A stretch of 46,732 bases of DNA from Chiloscyllium plagiosum (taxonomy: Eukaryota), in the NCBI RefSeq assembly GCF_004010195.1, contig NW_025214580.1, positions 1-46,732 on the forward strand, read 5' to 3'. The notes beneath the pieces are model-generated. The model did no database searches and was not told the origin of the DNA. It saw only the letters and a list, made by a program, of their open reading frames with translations. A program made the position numbers and the translations under genes. Below, piece after piece: positions 32,582-46,616 of this stretch (position 1 is the first letter of the stretch; every line of letters starts with the position of its first letter).

Positions 32582-34482
32582 CTCTTAAATGAGTTGGTGC
32601 ACCTTACATGTATTGTAAGGATCAATGTGACACACTGGAATTTCCCTATGCTGTGATAACATTTATGGTTTCAGAGATTGGCCCCAGTTCAAAATGTTTA
32701 CTCTTGATTCATGTGATGATTGCTGAGGAACTTATCAGGAGAGCATTGGTATAATGTGTAATAAAGCAAGTTGAGGAGCGAGTTATACTTTACATAGGGG
32801 GTTGTGCAATTATTAATATACTCTGAAAATGTTTTTTGAAGTGTTTTATTACGTTAATTCTTAATTAGCCAAGGAAAACACTTGTCAGAAGGCTGAGAAG
32901 ATTTTATTATGTTGCTTGTTTGTAAGTATGACCGTGATTACCTGTTCTGGGAAAGGATCTATCCACTGATGTAGGAATAATACTGTTGTGGCAGGGAATA
33001 ATTATATTGGATTATATAGAATATACAGCGCAGAAACAGCTATGTTAGGTTTGTCTTTATATGATATACAAGTTGCCTCTTATTCCATTTACTTCAGTAT
33101 TTCCGCATACGGTTTTGTTCCTTTTTCTCTGATATACCCTTCTAGCTTCCTTTTGAAAGCATTAAAGCTAATTGTGCCAACCACTTACTGTGGAAAGTTC
33201 TGCATTCTGACCATTGAATTGTAACACTTCTCCTTATTTCCTATTGGATTGATTAGTCACAATCAACTGGCCCCAGTTTTGTTATCACACAATTAGAAAC
33301 GTTGTCCACCTTGTCCAGTTCATATTAAAGATCTTTATCCGATCACCTCTAAGTGGTATTTTTGAAAGAAAAATGCCTCAACCTATTCAATTTTCTCTGA
33401 TAGTTGGTCTTTCTGATCTGGTCCTTTTTTTGCAAATTCTCTTTTGAATTTTCTCCAGTGTTCTTTTTACAACCGAACATTTAGATATGTTCTTTTTACA
33501 ACCGTAAATGCCCACATTGTTCTTCAGTTATCTGACGAAGGTCCTTTAGGGTTTTAATGCCACTTCATTACTCTTGAATATCATAAACTAGAAATAAATA
33601 AAAGTGCTTTATCAACATTATTAATTGCTTTGTTGGCCTGCAGTGCTTCCTGCATCCCAAATCCATTGCTCTCCTGCTCATTCAGTTTACCTGTGAAGCT
33701 ATACGTGATATTTCTACATTTTTAATCAAATTCACATTTATTTAATTTAAAGTTAATTTGACAATTGGTTGCCTAGTCTGGAAATTTTTTAATTTGTATT
33801 ATACATAGGGTTAGCTAGACCCCCTAGTTTGGAAAAGTCCAAAATGACCCAGGACAGTTAATTATTAACACTGGTGCACACCTCTAATTTTTGTAATCTG
33901 AATGATTATGTATTCTTCCCTTGTCTTGAAAGAAAAAAAATCCCCAAAGTTTTCAGAAGGGGAAGTGAGGTCTGTGCCAGTGGTCTTGTGTTTAAATCGC
34001 TGTCAAAATACGATTCAAACCAGAGATTTCCAGCTTTTGTCTCCAGTTACTGATAAATTAACTAATATCTATAGGATAGTATAGAATTATAGAGTCATAC
34101 AGTACAAAAACAGACCCTTCGGTCCAACTTGCCCACGCCAACCAGACATCCCAATCTGACCTAGTCCCATTTGCCAACATTTGGCCCATATCCCTCTTAA
34201 ATGAGTTGGTGCACCTTACATGTATTGTAAGGATCAATGTGACACACTGGAATTTCCCTATGCTGTGATAACATTTATGGTTTCAGAGATTGGCCCCAGT
34301 TCAAAATGTTTACTCTTGACTCATGTGATGATTGCTGAGGAACTTACCAGGAGAGCATTGGTATAATGTGTAATAAAGCAAGTTGAGGAGCGAGTTATAC
34401 TTTACATAGGGGGTTGTGCAATTATTAATATACTCTGAAAATGTTTTTTGAAGTGTTTTATTACGTTAATTCTTAATTAGCC
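32582..34482 (+). repeat. 289-bp direct duplication: 32582-32870 copied at 34194-34482
   Basis: Offset 1612 bp; two substitutions seen by eye. Confidence 0.93.
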
Positions 34483-35150
34483 TATTCATATACCCATCCA
34501 GATGCAGTTAAATATTGTAATTGTACCCATCTCTACCAGTTCCTCTGGCACCTTGTTTCATACCTCTGCTTGAAAAAGTTATCCCTTAGGTCTTTTTTAA
34601 ATCTTTTCCCATTAAACCTATGACCTCTAGTTTTGGATTTCCCCCACCCGAGAAAAAAGACCTTGACTATTCACCCTGTCCATTTTCCTCATGATTTTAT
34701 ACATCTTTGTAAAGTCACCCTTAGCTCTGACGTGCCTGGGAAAATAGCCCCAGCCTATTCAACCCTCTGCCTATAATGCAAACCCTCCTGTCCCCGCAAC
34801 ATCCTTGAAAATCTTTTCTGCACCCTCTCAAGTTTAGCAACATCTTTCCTAAAGAAGGGTAATTAGATTTGTACGGAATATTCTAAAAGCAGTCTCATCA
34901 ATGTCCTGTAAAGCTGACATCCCAAATCCTGTACTCAGTGTTCTGACCAGTGAAGGCAAGCGTGCCAAATACCTTCGGTTTTTACCTTCTTCAGCACCCT
35001 GTCTACCTGTGATTCCATTTTCCATGAACTATGCATCTGGACCCCTAGGTCTCTTTGTTCAGCGACATGCCCCAGGACTCTACCATTAACTGTATAAGTC
35101 CTGCACTGTGTTTGTCTTACCAAAATGCAGCACCTCACATTTATCTAAAG
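34080..35150 (-). mobile_element. CR1 LINE 3' portion interrupted by the 289-bp copy
   Basis: Tail at 34080; RT remnant ORF 34935-35138. Confidence 0.85.
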
Positions 35151-36244
35151 ATGATGTTTATGTTTCTCTTTTTCTCAATCAACCAGGTTTCTCACTGCTG
35201 ACTTTACACACATTTTCTCGCAATTGTCTGTGTGTAGTTGATGCTTCCACTGCTGATGGTCACTTTCTAGGTTCCTGTATGATGTTTTGCCATTTGGCTG
35301 AGGTACTGGATAATTGCTAGAACTGTGCAATGGAACTTTAGCAAAAGTCAATATCTTAAGACAAATGGAAAATAATTGGAAAAATAAAAATACACTTGGA
35401 TTGTGCTGCAACTGATCAGGGAGATGAGTTTTAAGTGTAGAAATTGGGTAAAAGAATCTGAAACACAGCATTTTGTAATATGGAGGAGGTTTTCGTTAGA
35501 AGGTTACTCTAATCTTCACACATATGGGTTAAGATATTCAGCGTAACAACACTGGTCACTAAAATATTGAATATCTAGTAAATTAATATGCATTGATTCT
35601 TATGGCAGTTTCTCTCCATAGCAATAGTTTATTTACCTGCAAAACTGGGAAACAATATTCTAAGTTACCTGAAAACTAATCATTTAAAGTTGTCACTTTT
35701 AGTTTAGTTTAAGCCAGGCCTCTGCATGCTGACTGTTTGGAGGGGTATCTGAAAAGGTGAGTTGATATGGCATACTCGGCTGGCTGAAAATTGGCCAGAG
35801 AAAACACGCCAGTAAATCCTGCATCTTGTCAGCCCCACACTGTCTTTTTCTACTCAAAGTATAGACACTGCCATACCAGGCAACATTTAATACAGAGGTC
35901 ACCAACAAGATGCTTAATACATGCTGATGAGATAGAAGGCTGCTAACAGTTGATCTCTGGAATGAAGAAGCTGCTAACCTGGAGAAACCTCCAGTTTACC
36001 AAGGTACATATTTCAAACCCTTCCTCGCAGGGAATATCTGAACAGTGATCTTAAAAGATCAACTCCGGTTAGCAGCAAAAAAAAAGTTCCAGACCAAACT
36101 TCTTGTGATTTTTGCAAATCATGCTGATGTTTTTTGATAATATAACTCATTTTACAGTCGTGGATTACAAACAGCAACAATAGCTGGCTGCCATAAAAAT
36201 TAGACTAACTGCATTAAGTATCTAGGTTGCATATAAGTTGAATT

Positions 36245-36451
36245 ATAAAGGTAAAGTTGCCACAGTTTCAGAGGACAATAGAGTTGCCCTCTCATTTGAG
36301 AGAGATGACTAGTGGTGTTTTAACCTGAGGGTCACCATGCCTCAGGAAAGGGACAAGGTTGAGATCTTTGAGTCTTCATGGTAACCTCAGCTAGTATGGG
36401 AATTCTCTCTATTGGTATCACTTTGCACCGTAAACCAGTCATCCAGCCAAC
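36245..36451 (-). mobile_element. tRNA-derived SINE-like repeat, decayed
   Basis: Minus strand begins gttggctggatgactggttt, resembling a SINE head; family recognised from memory only. Confidence 0.4.
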
Positions 36452-38368
36452 ATTTTCTTGACTGCCCCCTCCCAACCAAATTTGAGAGTTCACTGTCCAT
36501 ATCTGGAATCCTACTGTCCTGTTTCCCTATATCCCTGTGTTTGCTAATCAGTTCTTTTTGCAGCAAAGTCTCAACTTTAAAATCATGGTTTTCATTCTGG
36601 TTTTTACATCTCTTTTCAACCTTGACCCTCATTATCTTGAATTTTCTCCAACTCTCCATGATTTCTGCAGCCCTTCCATTCTAACCTCTTGTACATCCCT
36701 AAGTTTAGTCACTGCACCAGTCTTTAGCTACCTAGGTTCCAGGGTCTGGAGTTAATTCCCAAAACCTCTCCACTTTCCAATCCTTTTTCCTGCTTATTAA
36801 AATGGTACTTAAAACCCATCTCTGATCAAGCTATTGTTTCAGCTGTCCTAAAATCTTCATAGTTCAGTGTCAAATTTGTCTTGGTAGAGGCTTCTATGTA
36901 CGCAAACAATGCATAGTCCATCAAAACTATTTGCAATTACATTATGACTTTAATGCACAAAGCCAAATAATCTGTGAGAAAGTCACCTCATTCTACCCTT
37001 TTTAGTTTGGACTTTTGATCAACTTTTTTTTCCCGCTATTTTTCCACTCCATTTAAACATTGCTAAAAAGAGTCAAGAAGTTGAATCTTTTTACCATGTA
37101 CTTATGATTCAAGAAACACATTTGACAAAAGGGAAACCATTACATACAGCACAAAAAGAGAATGCTGATTTGTTGGGGCATGATTGGCATGAAGATACAG
37201 CAAGAACAGTTAATGATCTATCTTAGAACTCAGACCAGGTAGGTAGATTCTAGTTGGTTACGTGTTGCCATGGTGGTGAATCAGAGATTGGCTGTCTCCA
37301 TGATCTCTTTTTAGAAAGGTGCAATGTCTATACAAATTCCTTTTGCGTACATAAAACATGGTCTTGTGTGTTTCTATATGTATGTTGCTTCAAGCAGACA
37401 AACGTACCACACTATGAGCCAAACTGATTATCTTAAAGTGGTTTTTGGTGTAAATTTAATGCAATCTTCATTCATTAATAAATGATTTTCACTAGTATAT
37501 GTTTAATGTTGGATATACTTCTCTGAGACTTTAAAGCATAGGGTAATTGAGCATTACTCACTTACATGGTAGGCAGAGTATCTGTTTGGCTTGACAGCAG
37601 CATCTTGGTAATGGAAACAACTACTTGCAGATGTACTGTATAGTTGTAACATAAGACATCTATCATCACCTGCTGGTCACATTTTTGACATACCTTCCTC
37701 TTCTAGGGCAATATTAGATAGACTTGGCACTGCTCAGGGACAAAAGGGACGATTATAATCTCTTTTATGAATTTTTGCGATATACAGCAGGTGATGATAT
37801 AATCAAGATATCCATCATCATGCAGGATATTATTGAAATGTCCTATCAAGACACGAAGAGAAACAAATTGATTATTTTAGTGACTGAATGAGATGTTCAC
37901 ACATTGGGAATAGGTCGTGGAGTAGTTTGGCTTGATTTCAAGCACACTCTTGCCTCATCAGAGTTGTAGCAGGTTCAAGAGCAGTTTGGCAAAATCTCCT
38001 TGCTCTGGACCTCTATCACAAAGAAGAACAAAGAGCTTTTTGTGGGAACACCATCCCCTAGAGTACATACCATTCTGATTAAGACATAATGTGTGCTGGA
38101 TTATTACTATCTTCAGGTGTTCCAGTGCCAGCAAAACAACAGTTATTCAAGAAGGCTTACCACTACTACTATCTGCTCAGAGGAAATAGAGATGGGCAGT
38201 GAATACAATCTTAGCCATTCCAAGAACAAATTACAGCTATTGATCATCTCTTTATGTTTGTAAAGAAAATGCAAGGAAAGTCAGTGATTGCATACTTTGC
38301 ATTGGATCTTGTCTAACATTGTCCATGTGTTTTTCTTTTAAAAGAAATTGATTGAATCCAGCTACGAG

Positions 38369-38485
38369 ATGGACAGGATTCCTGTTTCAACTGTGGAGCT
38401 GGTCTGCTTGGGGTCAAGCTTTGCATTTTCTGGGTTGTTTTACTATTTGTATAGAAAGAAAAGATCAACAGTGGAAGTATTAAAG
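38369..38485 (+). CDS. MUL1: MUL1-family mitochondrial E3 ligase, coding exon 1 (exon starts 38345)
   Basis: MDRIPVSTVELVCLGSSFAFSGLFYYLYRKKRSTVEVLK (N-terminal TM helix plus basic flank). Acceptor tttttcttttaaaAG, donor AAG|GTAAGA, phase 0. Paralog identity uncertain. Confidence 0.9.
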
Positions 38486-39084
38486 GTAAGAATCATTCAT
38501 TTCTTGCAAGTACCTCATAAACACACACTCTTGTGGCTCTCATTCTAACTTCCGTTGGGAGGGTGAGATTGTTAGTAATAGGTTTCAATAATAAAAGATA
38601 GAAAATGCTGGAGAAATTCAGAAGGTTTCACAGAATCTGTGGAAAGAAAAGTTAACATTTTAAGTTTCATTGCCAACATTTGTGGTACTTTGCTTTCGAT
38701 TGATGCATTGATGATGGATTGATATAAATGAGACAAATTCTTCATGTTCCAAGACTTAAAAAAAAAAACACTTCCTTGGATAATGCCTTCTCAGTGAGGT
38801 GTATTTCGGCTATACTGCAGCCCATGAAATACACTGACAGAAATAACTGTAATCTACTCAGTGCGCTCAATGAAGTTGGAATAGTTAAAATTAAGAGTGA
38901 ATCTGTCAATGGTGCAATACAGCCACAGTTGGCAATATTTTTCAACAAATGCCAAAGTACAGCTGATATTTGCAAGCCTCCAATTTTGTCAATGTTCCTG
39001 CATGACGATTGCTTCAATTGAATGTTGTATTTCACATTCATGACCAGAGTTGAAATTGAATCTGTACTTGGTAACATGTATTTT

Positions 39085-39370
39085 TGGATGAAATGTTAAA
39101 CGGAGTCTCATGGGAGGATTAAAAGATCCTATTTGCAGAATGGCAGGGGCTATCTCTTGGTGATCTAACTAATATATCCTTTGCTTTGTCCTAATGGTAC
39201 TAAAAACAGGTTATGTACTATTTTGGTAATTGTGGAACTTTGCTGTACATAAATTGGCTTCAAGTTTACCCTATGCTATAATAGTGATAGCATTTTAAAA
39301 AATACTTAATTGACTGAGAAGTGCTTTGATTAATGCTGAAACTTTGAAATCTGCATTTAAGTGCAATCAA
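39085..39370 (+). mobile_element. DeuSINE-like relic
   Basis: ggatgaaatgttaaacggag...tgtggaactttgctgtacataaattggct resembles the Deu central domain. Confidence 0.5.
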
Positions 39371-40523
39371 TATCATTTTTTATTTCTCCTTTCTTCTCAT
39401 GGTAAAATTTGATGCATAATTTGTTGTATCGTGACTCATTTCAGCATTTACATGTGGGAGATTCTTAATGGGATTCTGTGCAGCAATTAGTTATAAATTA
39501 ACTCTTGTTTTTGTTGACTATAGTCTGGAATCAAAAGCTCAACTTGGGTATCACAAAAACAAGCAGTCTGTGCCAGTGGTCAGGAATGGGGATGGAACTA
39601 TTGGCATGGATATGGTGTGTGTTGCTGGCCCAAATGGTAGCTTGAATGTTCCCAATGGTTAACCTGAGGAAACTGTTACTTGTTAATTCTCAAAATCAGA
39701 TTACCATGTCTACTACGATGTGCCCAAGTGACAGCATATAAATAAAAAGAAATGGGAGTGAAGATAATTCTTTGGGGAAACAACAGGTAAAGAGAATCCA
39801 CTGCAGAAGATTCTTGGTTATTAATAGATGGGTGAAAATGAAATGGAACAACTCCAAGGTCACTTGGTTGAACAATGGATTTAAAGGCAATGGAGAAAGA
39901 ATATGTGGTTGATGATGTTAAAAGATAAGTCCACACTGGCAAGGTTAGATAATGGACAGTGGTGACTGTGACTTTTATTGGGAACTATTCCTGTCTTGTA
40001 CACCTGGCTATGTTTATGCAGCAACAGGGCAGTTGCGAACTGGTCATTTGAAATTGTCTGCATGATGTTCCCTTCCATGAATGATTCCACTATGCTTCAT
40101 TATTCTCACCCTTTATCTCAGTTCAGCTTCTTTCCCTCGTCCGTCTGCCCCTCCTGTGTTTAGGATAACCAAACCTTTAACCAACAGGATTTGTCAAATG
40201 TGATAATTAATAGTGGAGAGGATTCAGAACTAGAATTAAGTTGTTTAGAAGTGAAATAGAGAAACTTGTTTGTATTGTCTTATGGAAAACTGAAACTCAC
40301 AACCCAAAAGAATGTAAATGATAGATTAACAGAAATTGATTTGAGTTCTATAATTTTTGCTGGATAAGGGTATCAAAGGATTTGGAGCAAGAGGTGCTAA
40401 ATGGAGTTGGGGCACAGATTAACCATGATCTAAACGAATAACTGAACAAGTTTCAAGGGTCGAGTGGCCTAGTCCTGTTCTTGTGTTCCCTATTACTTCA
40501 TTTGTTTCTTTTTTTTAAATTAG

Positions 40524-40611
40524 GAAGCCCCAAAATTTCAGATCAACAAGCAGTTGGTGGATTTTTTGAATGCCACTCCAGGAAAATGTGTGGAGTATGC
40601 TATTGTGGAAG
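40524..40611 (+). CDS. MUL1: MUL1-family gene, coding exon 2 (88 nt)
   Basis: EAPKFQINKQLVDFLNATPGKCVEYAIVE+G resembles MUL1 APGKCVPYAVIEG. Canonical AG and G|GTGAGA. Confidence 0.92.
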
Positions 40612-41789
40612 GTGAGACTTAGGAGTTTTATATTTGATGTAATGGGTTTTCAACTACCCAGTGGTAAGACCAGCAATGCTAATCACCAGTGGTTAGTCCA
40701 GCCAGTACCTGAAAATTAATTCTAGTGTGTCTTTTGACTTTTTATTCCACTACTTTTAAATGTTAAAAACATAATCTTAAAAACTTTATTTAATGAGAAA
40801 AGAGACTATTAACATTCCAGTTACAAAGATCGGGTGACGTTTTTGATCACTAACATTTAGAAAGCTGCTGACCTAAAGAAGCAAGTGTGAGTATAGTTAA
40901 AATCTGAGCATGTCCAAGGGGTGAGGGCTAGCCAAATACACTCCCAATAAGGAATGGTGGTGATTTCAGGATTACTGCACTTCACTTGCATCACTAAAGT
41001 GCATCATCTTGAGTGCTGGGAGTAGAAATAGAGGCCTTTTAGGAGGCAAAGCGTGATTATTTTGAGGTAGGTTTACTTTGCTGACATATAGGCCACATCT
41101 GGATTAGGATACAATGCCTAATTGTAATGTATTTATTTTCCTTTTATAAGCAACTAGATTCAGCACCAATGAAAGGAATGCTACAGGATAAAACTCCACA
41201 ATAGTCTTACTCTGAACTAAATCACACTGACTTACAGAGCACATTCATTGAATTGAATGGTCAGCTTCTGCTTGTACATCATGTGGTCTTATCTGACATA
41301 AAAGTGCTTGAGATATCTTTTCAAACCAGTGGGGGGGATTCAATCATTCATGTATTCATTAGAAGGCTAAATACCAGGCCTGAAAATTATCTGCCATATT
41401 GTCCGAGTCAAGGATTACAAGAGGGAAAAGGATACTTCTTCATGAAGGGTAAAGTTCTCCCTATTATCTTGAAATTGTCCATCAACCCTGTATTACGTAG
41501 GATTGTTATAGCTGGTGGAGGCCAACAACTTTCAGCATATCAGTCTGAAATTTATTCAGACATCGTTTTTTGGACAGCATGCAAGAGTTTTGAAAGAGAA
41601 AAAGATATTAGATTAACATTGCACTTAACTGAATCAGCCAACTACAGGCTATAGAAGATAGGTCTTCATACAGGCTTATTTCTGAAAGCACTGAACAATA
41701 TGGCAAGTTAAGTCCTCTCAAGGCAGGCAAAGATATGTACTATAATCACTGCCAAACATTGATCTGGGTGGTCTGATATGTTTTATAAA

Positions 41790-42860
41790 ATTCTATTCGG
41801 GGGACACAGGCATTAATGGCTGGGCCAGCATTCTTGTCCATCCCTAACTGCCCTGAAGATGCTATTGAACTGCCTTCCGAAACCTCAGCAATTCTTGTGA
41901 TGTTGGGAAACTTGCAGTGTCTTTTTTTTAAAAGACATCTTAACAAATTTATCTTGTTGAGTGGTTTGCTTGGCCATTTTAGAGAACAGTAAAGGCTTAA
42001 TTATGTTGCTGTGTGTTCTGGAATCCCTTATAAGCAGGACACCAGTTCAATAGTGAGCCAGATGAGTTTGAATCAATATTGCTTTTATGTTTATCATTAA
42101 ACTTTTAATTCCAGATTATTTTGAATACATTCCACCATCTGCCATAGTGGGGTGTGAACCCAGGTCATCAGTGTATTATCTCGGTCTCTGGATTACTAGT
42201 CCAGTGACAATACAACTATGTCATTACCTCTCCATAAATCACATAAAATGTAGTATGCAAGTATAGCATGTTATTAGGAGGGTAAATAATGTAATAAATG
42301 ACAAGTGAAATGGGTTAGGGAATAAACAAGTGTTATTGCAGTTGTACAGAGCATTAATGCTCAGGTGTAACATGTATAGTTTTAGTTTCCTTATTTGAGT
42401 GAAAGCGACAATTACTTTAGAAACAGTTTAGAGAAAGTTCACTTGAGCTGAAGGGTTTACGAAGAAAGTTGAAGAGGTTAGTCTATACGCATTGGAGTTT
42501 AGAAAAAATGCATCCGATCATGAGAGGATTGGATAGGATGGATACTTAAAGGATGTTTGATCTTGTGAGGGAGGCATAGTTTAAGAACTAAAATGTCTCC
42601 CTTTTAAAATAGCCGAGGAGATTTTAAAAAAACATTTCTCTGAAAAGCTTGATCTGAATATGGAATTATATTCCCCAGAAAGTAGTATAGGCTGGTTCTT
42701 TCAATTTATTCAAGCGGTGTTCGATTTTTGATAGTTAAGGGTTATGGGAGTGCAGATGGGAAAGTAGAGATGAGATTATAATCAAATCAGCCATTATTTA
42801 TTTGAGTGGGAGAACAGGTATGATGCCCCAAATGGCATACTGTTGAGTTCTATGTTCTCA
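41790..42860. mobile_element. Decayed repeats: one related to 28420-28620, followed by a plus-strand CR1 remnant (42230-42860)
   Basis: Shared ggctgggccagcatt...ccatccctaa segment; CR1-like tail ending ttctatgttct. Confidence 0.55.
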
Positions 42861-43496
42861 AACATTATTTTAAAAAAAGAGTAGATAGTATTGTTTAATA
42901 TTAGTCCTTTTTAGATGCTGGGTATTTTTAATAGCGGGTCAATGCTATTATTATAAAATGCTGCCTTAAAAGTATCATTTTGATTTAGAATAAATCCCTA
43001 CTGCTGTACGGCAGAATTTGATTTATCACATTTGTGCTATGATTGAGTATCCATGTTTAAGATTTTGTTTTGGAGTGTTCTCATGTTCTGGTTAGCAGTT
43101 GAAGTATTTAAAGTTATGATACTGAAAGCTACTTTATGGAAATTTAAATTGCATCACAATGTTCTGATACTGTTAAATTTAATGCTAATAGTGTGGTCTG
43201 TGTTTTAGCCTCTGGAGCATATGTGAACTGGTTAGATTTAGTAGAATACATGAGAGCTGTTGCATTTCTTAGCTATTGTCCATTTGCAATGCCTGTTTTC
43301 TGCCACTAGATAGCATATGTGTGCTTCATAAAGATAGTTTAAACATTATAGTTTTTAAAAAAGGGTAAAATACAGTGGATGCTGAAAACCTGAAATTAGT
43401 TGAAAATGCTGAAAAACACTGGCATATTATCTCTGTACAGACAGAAAAGAATTACTGTTTCGGGTCAATGACTTTTAAGCAGAAGTATAAAAATAA

Positions 43497-44560
43497 TTAG
43501 AACATAGAACAATACAGCACTGAACAGGCCCTTCGGTCCTCAGTGTTGTGCCGACCTGTGAACTAATCTAAGTCCGTCCCCTACACTATCCCATCATCAT
43601 CCATGTGCTTATCCAAGGATTGTTTAAATCTCCCTGATGTGGCTGAGTTAACTACGTTGGCAGGCAGAGCATTCCACGCCATTACCACTCTCTGTGTAAA
43701 GAACCTGCCTCTGATATCTATCTTAAATCTATCACCCCTCAATTTGTAGCTATGCCTCCTCATACAAGTTGACGTCATCATCCTAGGAAAAAGGCTATCA
43801 GAGTCTACCCTATCTAATCCTCTGATCATCTTGTATGTCTCTATCAAATCCCCTCTTAGCTGCCTTCTTTCCAATGAGAATATACCCAAGTCACTCAGCC
43901 TTTCCTCATAAGACCTTCCCTCCAGACCAGGTAACATCTTGGTAAATCTCCTCTGCACCTTTTCCAATGCTTCCACATCCTTCCTGTAATAGGGTGACCA
44001 GAACTGTACACAATATTCCAAATGCGGATGCACTAGTGTTTTGTATAGTCGCAGCATGACATCACGGCTCCGGAACTCGATCCCTCCACCAATAAAACCT
44101 AACACACTGTATGCCTTCTTAACAGCACTATCAACCTGGGTGGCAACTTTCAGGGATCTATGTACATGAACTCCAAGATTCCTCTGCACATCCACACTAC
44201 CAAGAATCTTCCAATTGACCCAGTATTCTGCCTTTCTGTTATTCTTCACAAAGTGAATCACCTCACACTTAGCTGCATTGAACTCCATTTGCTACCTCTC
44301 CGCCCAATTCTGCAGTTTATCCAAGTCCCCCTGCAACCTGCAAAATTCTTCCACACTGTCCACTACTCCACTGATTTTAGTATCATCTGCAAATTTACTA
44401 ACCCATCCACCTATGCCTGCGTCTAAGTCATTTATAAAAATGACAAACAGCAGTGGTCCCAAAACAGATCCTTGTGGCAGACCACTAGTAACCGGACTCC
44501 AGGCTGAATGTCTTCCATCAACCACAACTCGCTGTCTTCTTACAGAAAGCCATTTTCTAA
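43497..44560 (-). mobile_element. Relatively young CR1 LINE 3' portion in the intron between MUL1 coding exons 2 and 3
   Basis: ORFs 44292-44525 (SGLPQGSVLGPLLF..FADDTK) and 43581-44288 are in frame and separated by one stop. Confidence 0.93.
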
Positions 44561-46495
44561 TTGGAAGTAAACCTTTGTTTACTAGACTATATTTTCAATC
44601 AAATTAATTTGTTATAATTGATCAATTGATGCCTCAGAAAATGTTCCCTATAAAGAAGTTTATTTTATAATCTGGTATTTCCTATATTTGTAGACTGCGA
44701 TAATTTTGTCCAGAGACACAGAATGATTCAATAAACAAAAAGATTATTTTGCCAAAGTGACCAAATTCGTATAATTTCCTTTTCCCATTAGTTGTGCAAA
44801 TGTTTTTCTTTCACATATTTAAAAGCTAATATTGATTCTGCTCCCATCAACCTTTTAGGCAGTGCATTCCAGATTGCAGCAACTCTATTTTTAATAAAGT
44901 TTCCTCATCTGATTCTTTTGCCTGCTACTTCTGGTTCATGACCCTTTTGCCATGGAAGCCAGTTTTTCCTTTTCTATTCTGTAAAACTCCATCATCTTGA
45001 ATACCCCTCAGATCTCTTAATTATCTGTGCTTCAGCGAGAGCAACTCCAGTTCTTCAACTTTTAGTATTTAACTGAAAGTCCTATGTTCCTGGTACGATT
45101 CTAGTAGCTGTCCTTTGTACCATCTCTAAGGTCTTGAAATCCATCTGAAAGTGCAGTGCCTAGAACTGGGCAATGCTATTCCAGTTGATGCCTAATTCAC
45201 CTTTTTAATAAAGGAAAAGGCCTTCTCTAACGTTCTTTCACATCAAAGATTTGTATGTGTACTTTTTATATAGCATCTTTAATGTGAAATAACTTTGCAA
45301 AGTGCTTCACATGATAGAAACTAAGCTATGGAAGGTATTTTTAAGATAGCTAGCCAAAGATTGATCAAAGAAGTATTTTCTTGGTAATTTTGTTTTTGCA
45401 CCCCTGTAAAACTGTACCAATTTTGTTATATTGCTATCTAACACTTCCTGTTAAACTGGATGTGCTATATGCTTGCTCAATTCATCAGTCTGTCTACATC
45501 TTTCTGAATTGGCACTTGATACTGTATTATATTCTGTAATGTTCATTTAAAAATCTAAACTCTGTTTCCTTTAATTTCCTCCTGTTAATATGCCTTAATT
45601 TTGCTGGATCCTCCATACTGACAAAGAAACAAATTTTTGAAATATGGTGACTGAAATCACAGCACCGTGTCCCATCACTATTGTGCAGTGTGTGATATTC
45701 TAACTTGCTGCCCCACATTGACCAGGAGCTCTGCATTAGGAGGCGCTGATTTTTTTTGGCATATTTAGGCAATGATGTAATAACCAGTTCAATGTCCTGT
45801 TAAAACCAGTGTTTGCAGCAGATGTGGACCTCACACTTTACTAAGAATGTACTGGTCTTGAAGGAATAGAGCTCACTTTATTTTAATAATATTTTGACTC
45901 CAAGGATTAAGTTAGAAGGAAAAACTGCAAATCAGCATTTTATTCTCTCAACTTTAAATAATATCATGTTGATTTAAATTCTAAGTTTTTAATTAATAAG
46001 GAGAACAGATATGGTATCGTACAGGTAGAAATTTTGTATTAGTGTTTCTGTTGGAAAGAGTGTATAGATCTGGGGTATAGTCTAAACATTGAAGCCAAAA
46101 TTTTCCAAGAATGCTATTCGGAAGCACTTTTACATGTAAGGGCTTGTAGAAGATGGAATTCTTGTCCACAAATGGCAATAGATTCCAGATATTTATAGAT
46201 TTTTAAATCTGTGATGGATGGATTTATTCAAAAGTATAGAAGAATATGAGCAAAGTGTATCTATGGGTATGTGTAATTGCCCAACCAAACCTCTTCCAGC
46301 ATTCAAAACAGTCAGCTCTAATGTCCTGTCACTGGATTTTGTCCTCCTGAGATCAAATGGGGTGTGTGTGGGGGTGTTTGCAGTCAGATTTTGATTTGAA
46401 TTTTAGGGCAACTATCAATTTTCTTCCATCCTCTATAAACTGAAATGCCTCAGCTTTCTGTGTTTGTGTTTAAATGTTCCCTTTACCCCAAACAG

Positions 46496-46616
46496 GTATC
46501 ACTCGACCAGTTGGGGAGAGTCTGCAGAGCCATTATCAGGATGACTGTACTGGGGTAATGCAGCGGCTTATTTTGAAAGAGCACAAACTGATCTGGAATA
46601 ATTTGGCTAGGAGTTG
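46496..46616 (+). CDS. MUL1: MUL1-family gene, coding exon 3 (121 nt); the last exon with TM2/RING lies beyond the window
   Basis: (G)ITRPVGESLQSHYQDDCTGVMQRLILKEHKLIWNNLARS(W) resembles MUL1 CKGVIQRLTLQEHKMVWN. Acceptor ccctttaccccaaacAG, donor TG|GTATGC. Confidence 0.92.

Noticed and set aside
41253..41654. 133-aa ORF in a MUL1 intron
   Set aside because: Non-ATG start, no motif, and not needed by the MUL1 exon frame.
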